A stretch of DNA of 49,260 bases. Origin: Octopus bimaculoides (Eukaryota). The notes beneath the pieces are model-generated. The model searched no databases and had not been told where the DNA came from. It worked only from the letters and a program-made list of their open reading frames with translations. This document shows positions 26,950-38,070 of this stretch, piece after piece. The stretch is from assembly GCF_001194135.2 (NCBI RefSeq), contig NC_068983.1, positions 159,634,212 to 159,683,471 of the forward strand. The letters are read 5' to 3'. A program made the translations under genes and the position numbers. How positions within the stretch are numbered: position 1 is the stretch's first letter; every line of letters starts with the position of its first letter.

Positions 26950-27315
26950 TATATATATATATATATGAATGTATGTATGCATAATTATGTAATTTGAGTA
27001 TTGCTGTAAATGAATGTAGCCCCAGTAATCTATGATTATATTCCGCAAAGAACATATATTTCGACATTATGTTCCTATGTTATGAAACGCTCAAAAAAGA
27101 GGAAAATATTCTTATCTAATAATTTATCCAACATTTTGTGGTGTAAATTTAATCATTATATGATTTAAGCTGCTTTTATAGTCTGGCGGGGGATTATATG
27201 AAGTATATTATAAATTGCAGTCATTTGAGTAATCTTCAAATTGCAGCAGATACACACACACATACACACATGTACAGGCACACACAAAAACACGCAGACT
27301 TACATGTATATATTT

Positions 27316-27361
<46 letters not shown>

Positions 27362-28752
27362 GTGTGTGTGTCCGTGTCTGTATGTGTGCATTTATATATA
27401 TGTCTGAATGTGAAAGAACAGCTCAACATTAATTTTCTTGAGAGTGGATAAAGAATTGATAACCCCAGAGAAATAACGCTCTTGCAGTTGACGGAGTTTC
27501 ATACATATCAAAGAAAAAATAGAGATTCAACCATAAACTAAACATATATGATTACTTTGAGATTGCACACTAAAGCGAGAAATGAGTTATTAAGAAAAGA
27601 GATTAAGCGAATGTTGAAATTTACTCTATGACATTTACAGTAAAGATTTTATGGCCTATCATTTGCATCGTGTTCGCATTTCCTGCACTTAATTTATAGA
27701 AATATCCATCAGAAGAAACCTTGGCAGCTAAAGTACAATGTTAACCGAAATTGATTCCATGCAGTCAGATATTACAGCTGCTCACTATCTTCAATTTATA
27801 TCAGTTTATACAATATACATCTATGAAATGAAACTAGAAAATGTAGTTAATAGTTTGCGTTTTAACAACGCCATAAGATGAATGGAAAATTAATGTACAG
27901 ATATCGGAATCAACTTTCGATTATTTCTCCTATATGAAATAGTTATTTCTTAAACAATTCTTATTTTTGCTTTCGCAGGAGATAGCTCAAAAATGAAAGC
28001 AAACATAACGGAAATAATATCAAAATGATTTAAAGGATAAAGTTAAGTTGGGAGTTGAGTCAGAGAACTATAGAAGAATAGCTCTCTATTTTATACCATA
28101 TACGTTCTGTAACTGAAACGAGTGAACAAAGAAAATGAAGATTGATAATAAAATGAAGTATGGAAATATAAAGTTTTTAGCATTTGTATGTAGGTTCTTA
28201 AAGCAATACTCTTGCTATTAAAACGAGAGCTGCTCTGAGTGCTTTGTTTTCCAAACCACTCTACACAAACATAATTTCTCTACCGCAGTCTATTTCTCTA
28301 GCTTTCCAGGTGTAGAAATTTTTTCATTCACCTAGGTTCAACAAATCGACCTTTGCAGATGGTATGCCAAGTATCAACTGTAAACATCTTATTTTGGAGC
28401 TGGTTAGCATTCTTACAAATAATTTAAAGTTTCAGACTGTATCAGATATCTTTCATGATTTACATAAACATACCGAGGTACATCCTTCACTCTAGAAACC
28501 TTGTAGTTGACATCAAATTACATTCCTCCTTCTTACTCTGCAACGAGAACATATCATTAACAATTCTCAGCAGCTGTGCAAATAATTCGTGAAGAAATAT
28601 CTGAACAACATCCTTATTCTACACCCCAAAACAATTTATACTACATTTTGTAAATAACATTGTATGAATCACAGTGTTCATTAACATCATGTAGTTAAGC
28701 CCACTGGTGTCCATGGGTCTTACATTTCGCTTTTGACACACTGACAATATAT

Positions 28753-28906
28753 AGTTCTATATTTAAGAGATGAGGAATTACGTACATTATTTACATTTGA
28801 CGGATATTTGTCCCCATCTTGTTTGTTGTTAACACAACATTTCGGCTGATATACCCTTCAGCCTTCATCAGGTGCATTGGGGGAATTTTCCTAAGGAATT
28901 TTTCGC

Positions 28907-28974
<68 letters not shown>

Positions 28975-29045
28975 TCAGTGCCTGGTATCGAACTCGGAAT
29001 CTTGGGGTTAGTAGCCCGCGCTCTTAGCCACTACGCCATATGCCC
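28753..29045 (-). mobile_element. composite SINE, left copy: tRNA head + (AAT)n + hammerhead-bearing tail
   Basis: The minus strand reads GGGCATATGGCGTAGTGG (A box)...GAGTTCGATACC (B box)...TGACC at 28973-29045, then (AAT)n at 28907-28970, a hammerhead motif, and a tail ending TTAAATATAGAACT. Confidence 0.85.
28831..28876 (-). ncRNA. minimal type I hammerhead ribozyme motif, left copy
   Basis: Minus strand TGCAC-CTGATGA-A-GGCTG-aagggtatat-CAGCC-GAAA-TG-TT^GTGTT. The core boxes are intact, stem II is a perfect 5 bp, and GCAC/GTGT forms stem I. GAAAC has become GAAAT, consistent with CpG decay. Confidence 0.75.
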
Positions 29046-29060
29046 TCTTAACCACTACGC

Positions 29061-29134
29061 CGTAGTGGTTAAGAGTGCGGGCTACTAACCTCAAGACTCC
29101 GAGTTCGATTCCAGGCACTGACCTGAATAATTAC

Positions 29135-29186
<52 letters not shown>

Positions 29187-29328
29187 GCAAAAAATACCTT
29201 TGGAATGAGAACCTATGTTCGAAATTTCCCCAAGACACCTGATGAAGGCTGGAGAGTATATCAACCGAAACGACTGACAGCAAACAAGATGAGGACAAAT
29301 ATCCGTCAAATGTAAATAATGTAAATAA
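29061..29328 (+). mobile_element. composite SINE, right copy, lacking the first ~9 nt and the tail end
   Basis: CGTAGTGGTTAAGAG...GAGTTCGATTCCAGG...TGACC, (AAT)n at 29127-29186, hammerhead motif, then AAACAAGATGAGGACAAATATCCGTCAAATGTAAATAATG as in the left copy. Confidence 0.85.
29234..29280 (+). ncRNA. hammerhead ribozyme motif, right copy, damaged
   Basis: GACAC-CTGATGA-A-GGCTG-gagagtatat-CAACC-GAAA-CGAC. There is one stem II mismatch, and the cleavage site and stem I 3' strand are disrupted. Confidence 0.65.
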
Positions 29329-29739
29329 CTGACGATGTATAACACATAGTTATTAATTGTTCTAAAATATCAGCATTTTCGTCTTTGAACATTAAATGAT
29401 TCAACCTCTAACACCTTTATTCACTATACAACGTACAAATTTACCCATATCATAACATGATACCTACCGCATACTAGTTCTGGTCTTCATCCAAAAAGAA
29501 TGATAGGTAAAAAAAGAAAACTATTTTAACCCATAACTTACTTGACTTATCTGCTGGAGTTGTTGTAATGATGTTTGCAGCTCCGAACTTGTGGTGTATA
29601 CCAACTCCATCGAAACCCACGTTTTTGCAACCTTCACTCCGAGAAGCACTATCTCAAGTTCCTGCACTTAACAATTTATCAAAATCTTCTTAGTATTGCA
29701 GCGTGATTAAACATAAACCCTCCCAGGCTCTTCCTTTCT

Positions 29740-29778
29740 TTCTTTTTCCTTCCTTCTTCGCTTTGTTCCTTCTTTATT

Positions 29779-29813
<35 letters not shown>

Positions 29814-29848
29814 CTCTGTCTCTCCCACTCTCCCTCTTTCTCTCTATG
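29740..29848. repeat. (TTTC)n/(CT)n pyrimidine tract
   Basis: Read directly from the sequence. Confidence 0.9.
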
Positions 29849-30387
29849 TACGTGTTCCATTTAGCTATGTATGAGTCAAAACTGGACATAAACTGATTTT
29901 GCATCTATCAGCTATCTGTATTCTCCCGACTATATGATCGTCTTTCTAAAGCTAAGGCACTATAGACTTCTAATTGTATTGTCTATATGCTATCGTTTAA
30001 AATTTGTGAGTGCTAACGTTCAAAGAAATGCACATTCTCCTTATATCTCATCCTGTGTAACGGTTTATCCCTAAGAATTGCTAATTATAAATTTCAAGGT
30101 AAACAAATCCTTTATATACCGTCAAAACCTAGCTAGGCCACATTTCTAGATGCTACTAATTATTTTTAGGATACAATTATGTTTATATGTTAATGACACA
30201 CTAACCGAAAGATGTCAATCTTTATAATAGAACGACTCCCTAACTGAAATTTACTATCTGATAAGGTCGGTAAAAAAAAGGTTGTTTATATAATGTTTCC
30301 AGTCATTATATATTCATTAAAAATACCCATGAATATTTAAAGTTTTGTTGAAGTCATTTTCGTATAACAATTTCCAAAACTGTATCA

Positions 30388-30391
30388 CGCG

Positions 30392-30440
<49 letters not shown>

Positions 30441-30462
30441 NNNNNNNNNNCACACACGCGCA

Positions 30463-30500
<38 letters not shown>

Positions 30501-30720
30501 AACACACACGCAAACTCACATACACATCTATTCATAGTACTTTTATTCATACGTATCCTTGCGTATGTGTATATGTGTATATGTTTGTGTTTGTATGTGT
30601 GTGTATATGTTTGTGTTTGTATGTGTGTGTGTATGTAAGTATGCATGTATGTATGTATGTTTTTATGTATGTACGTATATATATACGTATATGTGTATAT
30701 ATACGTGTGGGAGTGTGTAT
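30388..30720. repeat. (CA)n tract followed by a (TG/TATG)n tract; includes a 10-N gap at 30441-30450
   Basis: Read directly from the sequence. Confidence 0.9.
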
Positions 30721-32732
30721 TCATATTTAAATGGAAAGGGAACTTGCGTGTAATCCTAATAAAAATGAGTTTTCTATATAATTTCTACTGAAAAACCTCA
30801 AACGTTTGAAGTATAAGTGATTGATATGTACAAAAGGAGTCAGAAGAGTTTTAATGAAAAAAAAATGAATGTAAAGGAAACATCAAAGGTTTCAAAATTA
30901 TTTAATCACAATGGGAGTTATCTACAAAATTATTACTGAATAGAATGGTATATAAATGCAAATAAGTAAAACTGAAGAACAATGCTATTATAATGGTAAA
31001 TGTGAAGACCATTAAGGATAAAATGATTAAGTATCTTTTGTAACGTAAGTGAATTTAATTGTAACGACAACAAAATTATACGTATGTGAATCAGTGGCGA
31101 TAATCATGTAGTGTATATGTATCGTATTGCTTTCTCTGTTAGGAATATTTCAAGTATCTAACCAAAAATAATCTGATAAATATAAAGAAGCCTATTAAAA
31201 ATATAAATATGATTTATGGTGTACGATATTAAACTTCATTTAAAAAAAGTTTAAAATATTTTCAATACATACAACCAATATGTGGTAGAGATTGCTGCGA
31301 TTTTATTGATGATGGTGAGGTTAATGATATGGTTAAAATGTGCAGCTATATATTTTTGTTTACTAATCTAGATAATTTCTAATTATCATTTCAAATGTTG
31401 GCATAAGGAAACGGGCTTTGAGGTTAGGGTGTAGTTTGAATAATAAACTTTAATACTTGAGTGTCACTTATATGACCAAATCCAGGGGTCATATTAAGGA
31501 TGCACAGGCCAACACTGTAATGCGATTTGAACTTGAAATATAAAGAGATGTAATTAATTTTCAGAATTGACTTCTAACGTTTCCAGAATTTATATTTAAT
31601 TAATCATATACATTACGTGCCATTGGATAGGTACCGCAATGATGACATGGACTCCTTACGTAGATATCATAGCAAAGAGTTGGAAGAATGGAAGAAAAAA
31701 ACAAGGAATTCTCCAATTAGTGCATATTAACACGTTAACTCTAACTATAACAAGATAACAGTTCATTTTGCAGAATTTTTATAGCCATTGATGAGATTCA
31801 GGACACAAGTCTTGTCTTGACTCTTTTGAGACTTGTGCTGAAATTATATTTATTCCTTGGAAATGTTTTCTGATCTCTCAACCAAAATCCCAGATTCCCA
31901 ATCACTCAGTTTTTTTAGACGATTTGAGAAAATGGGAAAATTTGAGGTTGTCAAGAAATGATAGTTATGGCTCTTGATGTATTATATATTTTCAGAGCCT
32001 AATTTAATATAAAAATGTTCTCATTGCCGTCAATAAGTGATTGCTACGTGTAAGCTAGTTATTGGGAAATACTGCAGAAATCATAGAAGAAAACTGTATA
32101 TGTGACAGAATTTTGGCATGACAGAATGTCACAGCAACTAAAATCCATGCATAAACATATTTAACGGTTACCAAGATAATTTTACTAGTGTGCAGGCTAT
32201 ACTGTTTCTTACGGAAGTCCTTGCAACACACGACAAAACGAAGCTGCTTCCCAAATAAATGGCTCAAAATAAATCTGTAACATCACTAATATCTTGTACA
32301 GCATACATTTAGTCTAGAAGATAAACATACCTGATTTAAAATATAACCCAGTTACTTATATGTTAAAGAGAATCAATAACATCTCTGTTAACACACACAT
32401 ACACAGACTTACATACATATATACACACGTAATATAATGGAAACATAAAAGTGATAAAATTTATAACTTCAGTACTATATAGGACATACACACACGTTTA
32501 CTTTATCGTCGGTTGACTATGAGTTTGCAAGGAGCCATTAAAGCGCACTGGAAAACAAGCGTGAAGACAAAACTTATTAGAAAAACATTAATTTAGCAAT
32601 ACCACCCTATACAAAATAATACATAAAACTAGCTGATTAGATATGGAAGCCTTATCAATAGCAACACACCAACTAAATTAGCATACAGACATGGCATACG
32701 TGAAACAGATTATGAAAATATTTTCAAATATT

Positions 32733-33130
32733 GGTGTAGGAATGGCTGTGTGGTAAGTAGCTTGCTTACCAACCACATGGTTCCGGGTTCAGTCCCACTG
32801 CGTGGCACCTTGGGCAAGTGTCTTCTACTTTAGCGTCGGGCCGACCAAAGCCTGGTGAGTGGATTTGGTAGACGGAAACTGAAAGAAGCCTGTCGTATAT
32901 ATGTATGTGTGTGTATAAGTTTGTGTGGCTCTGTTTGTCCCCCCCAACATCGCTGGTGTGCTTACGTCCCCGTAACTTAGCGGTTCGGCTAAAGAGACCG
33001 ATAGAATAAGTATTAGGCTTCCAAAGAATAAATCCTGGGGTCGATTAGCTCGACTAAAAAGGCGGTGCTCCAGCATGCCCACAGTCAAATGACTGAAACA
33101 AGTAAAAGAATAAAGAGTAAAAAGAGTAAA
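32733..33130 (+). mobile_element. SINE family A, full length
   Basis: GGTGTAGGAATGGCTGTGTGG (A box)...GGGTTCAGTCCC (B-box-like), body as in the 43961 copy, and an AAGAGTAA tail. Confidence 0.9.
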
Positions 33131-34014
33131 CAATTTTAAATCCAATGACGATGGTTTTAACAATTACAATGCCACATTCAAAATCCCTTTCTGACAAAAA
33201 CAAAAAGCTAAAATAGCGTTCCCTTCATATTTCATGCAGACAGAGACCTTCCAAACTTAACATAAAGGCTTAATGAAGAAATACAAACTTTATTAAGGAG
33301 TAAGTAAACTCGATTACATTGATTTCTGGCCAATAAAATGCTTGAAAAAGAAGGCTGTTCTACATGCACAGTGTATACACACGGATGGATACGCACACAT
33401 TTAGGTACACGTAAGTGACATTTTATCTTTATATAGAAGCTTAGTTTATGTGTTGGCGTTAAGAGTAAAAATCAGATTATAGTGGGAGGAGTGGGGTTTA
33501 TAAAGTTTGAGCAATCGAAAAGAAACAAATGTGTGTGCATTCACTGTGCAACACGGCTGAAGGTCGTCAGTGACAAACAGGATATGATTGCTATTTATCT
33601 GATATATTTGTTAAAAGATACGTACATGTATATAAAAACATTTTTGACTGTAGAAGAAGGCAATTTGTTTATTTAAAGATACGTACATATAAATAAAGTT
33701 TAACTTGATGACATATTTGGCTATGAACAATGATACTAATTATATTTAGCTATGGAAGGTTCCCCGTTGTGTGGGTTTAAAATATCACAGTGAAATGATT
33801 AGGGGGCCTCCTAGAAGTCCTGGATTTGTATTAATAATTGTTCTTTAGAAAGGAGAATTTCTTACTTTTACAAAGTTGGCAAATTGTTTTATTTGTAGAT
33901 AAAATTAGTCCCTTGATAAAATTTTGACGAAATATTAACGTTCTATGTTACAGTTTTTCAGTTACCAGACCCTTGCTAGTGAGGTATTACCTTTTCATTT
34001 TTGCGATTAAAAGA

Positions 34015-34175
34015 ACACACACGCGCACGCACACACACCCAAGCACGCTCGCACACAAAAACACACACACACACACACGCACACACACACATGTAGTTCA
34101 TAACTATTTCCTCAATTCTTTGCATTCACACACACATACACACACACATATACACAAACTTACACACATATTCAA

Positions 34176-34226
<51 letters not shown>

Positions 34227-34357
34227 NNNNNNNNNNNNNNNNNNNNNNNNNNNNNNNNNNNNNNNNNNNNNNNNNNNNNNNNNNNNNNNNNNNNNNNNNN
34301 NNNNNNNNNNNNNNNNNNNNNNNNNNNNNNNNNNNNNNNNNNNNNNNNNNNNNNNNN
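34015..34357. repeat. (CA)-rich microsatellite running into the gap at 34227-34357
   Basis: Read directly from the sequence. Confidence 0.92.
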
Positions 34358-35959
34358 ATCTACTGTATCTATGAAGACGCTACTTCAAGGGATTAGCTGG
34401 GAAAATTTCTGGAATGTACGTTGCATATATCATTAGAATTGTGTTTAAAAGTGACATCCCTAATCGCAGATTCTTTATCCAAGTTTATACGAGAATGTCT
34501 ACAGCATAAAATATGTTTTTTAAAACTTTCTATGTATGTGCAGAAAGTTTTAAAGGAACTGGAAATTTCCAGAACTCTCAACGAGAGGAGAAACAATAAA
34601 TCCAACAATGGCTGAAGTTATTTGGTATGTAAAAGAAAGTCCTTTTCTTCAAAAGAAACTTTGAAAAAAGAAAAAGAAAACTCTAAGAGCACAAAATTTT
34701 AAAAACGCAACAACAAAAAACAAAGAATCTGAATTTCCGAGGGGTACGAGCCGGACGTGTCATTTAATATAGGACAGTGAGGTGGAACTAATAAAATTGT
34801 AGACATTCAAAAGAACACCAAGACTGTTAACTTCATAAGAACATTTATTATTTGTTACTTCGAGTTAAAGTTTTCGTCGCACTACATATCAATGAATATG
34901 ATTTTTGCTAATTACCCAATTTGTAAGTCTGCTGGCTAGATCAAATGAGTATGGCTGCCTTTATTTGAAGAGAAGTGTAAATAACTTAAATTGCACCATT
35001 AATTGAATGTATCAGTGTTTACAATTGACTTTAGAAATAAATTTGATACTTTTATTAGCTTTAGTTTAGAAATAAAGGTTGTTAATATGAACCGAGTCGG
35101 GTACTGAAAATATTCGGAAATAAATCGCATAAGCACGCTTAGAGATAAAGCCAATCGGAATGTATGTCTCATTTTTAAACAATGAAGGTTACAGTCCGAA
35201 GTACCATAATCCTTTCAAAATTTAGTAATTTAGTTACTGGCTTTCGTGATTGTTGACGAGTGTCTTGAGGTTTTATTTATTCCTAATATGTACACATTCG
35301 ATTTCTATAATTAAGATAGAAGTCATATCAAAATGTTGATGACAATTTAATTGGTATAGAGAGGGAATGTTATATTTTAAAATCACACATATATACATGC
35401 AGATTTACACGCACACACGCACATAGACGCGCATATGTGTGAATGTGTGTGTGTGTGTGTGTAGTTGTTCCGCGTGCATGTGTTTTTGTAAGCATATGTG
35501 AATGAATGCTTGCATATCTACTTGTGCAAAGTGAATATATTAGCCAGTTTGAAAACCTGCAGTCAACAGACACTGGATGTTGATGGCTTAGCGCCATGCC
35601 TACATATTCATTCTGTAACATGTGACATTACTCGAACAACGAATCTGTAAACCGAAGAATGGTTTGGTATTTTGTTTACAATACCCAGATAAGATCTTTG
35701 AGAAAGTTAGGATATTGTTTAGTGCAGAATACATGGAAAAGCTTCTTTCTTTTATATAAATTTGAACTATATTATAGAAACTTAAGATTAAGTCCTCTTT
35801 GAGAAACATGTAAACATGAGAATAGGAAAAATACGGAAAACTATACGCAAGTATAATCATATTCTATACACACACATAAATATATGTATGCATGCCAATG
35901 TGTATATATATATATATCAATGATATTGAGGAAAAGTGGTAGAGTGCTATACATTATAT

Positions 35960-36066
35960 ACAAGCATAAATACATACATACATATGTATATACATACTAA
36001 AATGCATGCATAAATATACATGTACATACATATATGTATGCATATATATAACTGTGTATATATACC

Positions 36067-36103
<37 letters not shown>

Positions 36104-36670
36104 GTATATATATGTATGTATGTATATATATATATGCATATATATATATGTATATATATGTATATATATATGTATGTGTATATATATATATGTGTATATA
36201 TATATATGTATATATATNNNNNNNNNNNNNNNNNNNNNNNNNNNNNNNNNNNNNNNNNNNNNNNNNNNNNNNNNNNNNNNNNNNNNNNNNNNNNNNNNNN
36301 NNNNNNNNNNNNNNNNNNNNNNNNNNNNNNNNNNNNNNNNNNNNNNNNNNNNNNNNNNNNNNNNNNNNNNNNNNNNNNNNNNNNNNNNNNNNNNNNNNNN
36401 NNNNNNNNNNNNNNNNNNNNNNNNNNNNNNNNNNNNNNNNNNNNNNNNNNNNNNNNNNNNNNNNNNNNNNNNNNNNNNNNNNNNNNNNNNNNNNNNNNNN
36501 NNNNNNNNNNNNNNNNNNNNNNNNNNNNNNNNNNNNNNNNNNNNNNNNNNNNNNNNNNNNNNNNNNNNNNNNNNNNNNNNNNNNNNNNNNNNNNNNNNNN
36601 NNNNNNNNNNNNNNNNNNNNNNNNNNNNNNNNNNNNNNNNNNNNNNNNNNNNNNNNNNNNNNNNNNNNNN
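35960..36670. repeat. cryptic (TA/TATG)n tract plus the gap at 36218-36670
   Basis: Read directly from the sequence. Confidence 0.92.
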
Positions 36671-36772
36671 TATACATATGTGTATATATACATATATAAA
36701 TGAAGCTGGTCCTCTGTGGATCACATGCCTACTTCTCAACATATATATACATATGTGTATATATACATATAT

Positions 36773-36940
36773 AAATGAAGCTGGTCCTCTGTGGATCACA
36801 TGCCTACTTCTCAACATAGTAATCGTTTCTCTCAATAGCAATGTTCCACCTTCCAATGAGAGCATGCATCCCTGTCCAGTAAAATTCTGTTGAGTGTTCT
36901 TAGAGCCACTTCTTCAGTACAGTTTTCACTTCCTCGTCAC
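36773..36940 (-). mobile_element. inverted duplicate of a mariner 3' segment (left arm of a foldback)
   Basis: Reverse complement of 37013-37180; 168 bp, ungapped, about 21 mismatches by hand count. Confidence 0.9.
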
Positions 36941-37260
36941 CAGATTTAGCGCCTTCAGACTATCATCTCTTCGGCCCCATGAAAGAGGATTTGAGTGGCA
37001 AGCATTACTTCAGTGACGAGGAAGTGAAAACTGTACTGAAGAAGTGGCTCAAAGAAAAGTCAGCAGTATTTTACAGGGCGGGGATATATGCTTTCATTCG
37101 AAGGTGGAACATTGCTACTGAGAGAAATCGTGACTATGTTGAGGAGTAGGCATGTGATCCACATAGGATCAGCTTTATTTCGATGTATGATACATGTTCC
37201 TTTGTTGGTAATTATACCTGTCCTAAACAAAATGGCATTACTTTTTGACTCACCCTTGTA
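36937..37260 (+). mobile_element. mariner 3' end: open 70-codon transposase C-terminus plus 3' TIR
   Basis: 36937-37149 reads SPDLAPSDYHLFGPMKEDLSGKHYFSDEEVKTVLKKWLKEKSAVFYRAGIYAFIRRWNIATERNRDYVEE*, containing the mariner (Y)SPDLAPSD motif with the third catalytic Asp. It ends ...TTTTTGACTCACCCTTG|TA. Confidence 0.92.
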
Positions 37261-37476
37261 TATATATATAAATATATATACAAAATGGTGTGTGTTTGTA
37301 TGCAAATATATAAAGAATGGTAATCAGAATTTTGGATAAACAGACTTTTGGGAGGGGCTGATAAGCATGTGTTTGTGCATGTGTGTGTAATGTATGGGTA
37401 TGTTTGTATGCATATAATTGCGTGTCTTCCTTTCTGCAATTGAACTTAAATTGACCCCTGGCTATTAAAGGTCCAA

Positions 37477-37522
<46 letters not shown>

Positions 37523-38070
37523 NNNNNNNNNNNNNNNNNNNNNNNNNNNNNNNNNNNNNNNNNNNNNNNNNNNNNNNNNNNNNNNNNNNNNNNNNNNNNN
37601 NNNNNNNNNNNNNNNNNNNNNNNNNNNNNNNNNNNNNNNNNNNNNNNNNNNNNNNNNNNNNNNNNNNNNNNNNNNNNNNNNNNNNNNNNNNNNNNNNNNN
37701 NNNNNNNNNNNNNNNNNNNNNNNNNNNNNNNNNNNNNNNNNNNNNNNNNNNNNNNNNNNNNNNNNNNNNNNNNNNNNNNNNNNNNNNNNNNNNNNNNNNN
37801 NNNNNNNNNNNNNNNNNNNNNNNNNNNNNNNNNNNNNNNNNNNNNNNNNNNNNNNNNNNNNNNNNNNNNNNNNNNNNNNNNNNNNNNNNNNNNNNNNNNN
37901 NNNNNNNNNNNNNNNNNNNNNNNNNNNNNNNNNNNNNNNNNNNNNNNNNNNNNNNNNNNNNNNNNNNNNNNNNNNNNNNNNNNNNNNNNNNNNNNNNNNN
38001 NNNNNNNNNNNNNNNNNNNNNNNNNNNNNNNNNNNNNNNNNNNNNNNNNNNNNNNNNNNNNNNNNNNNNN
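37523..38070. other. assembly gap (N) after (CA)n
   Basis: N run. Confidence 1.

Noticed and set aside
28973-29123. Two possible tRNA genes
   Set aside because: The acceptor stems pair poorly, the anticodon stem has only about 3 bp, the nominal anticodon is ACT, and both run into the same repeat body. They are SINE heads.
33615-33690. Short direct repeat AAAGATACGTACAT about 60 bp apart
   Set aside because: There are only two units with no spacer array. It is a local duplication and not CRISPR-like; no CRISPR array or rRNA was seen anywhere in the window.
36671-36816. Exact 75-bp tandem duplication beside the mariner foldback
   Set aside because: It is identical, begins at a gap edge and includes (TA)-rich sequence, so a contig-end assembly artefact is the simplest explanation. 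Long reads would settle it.
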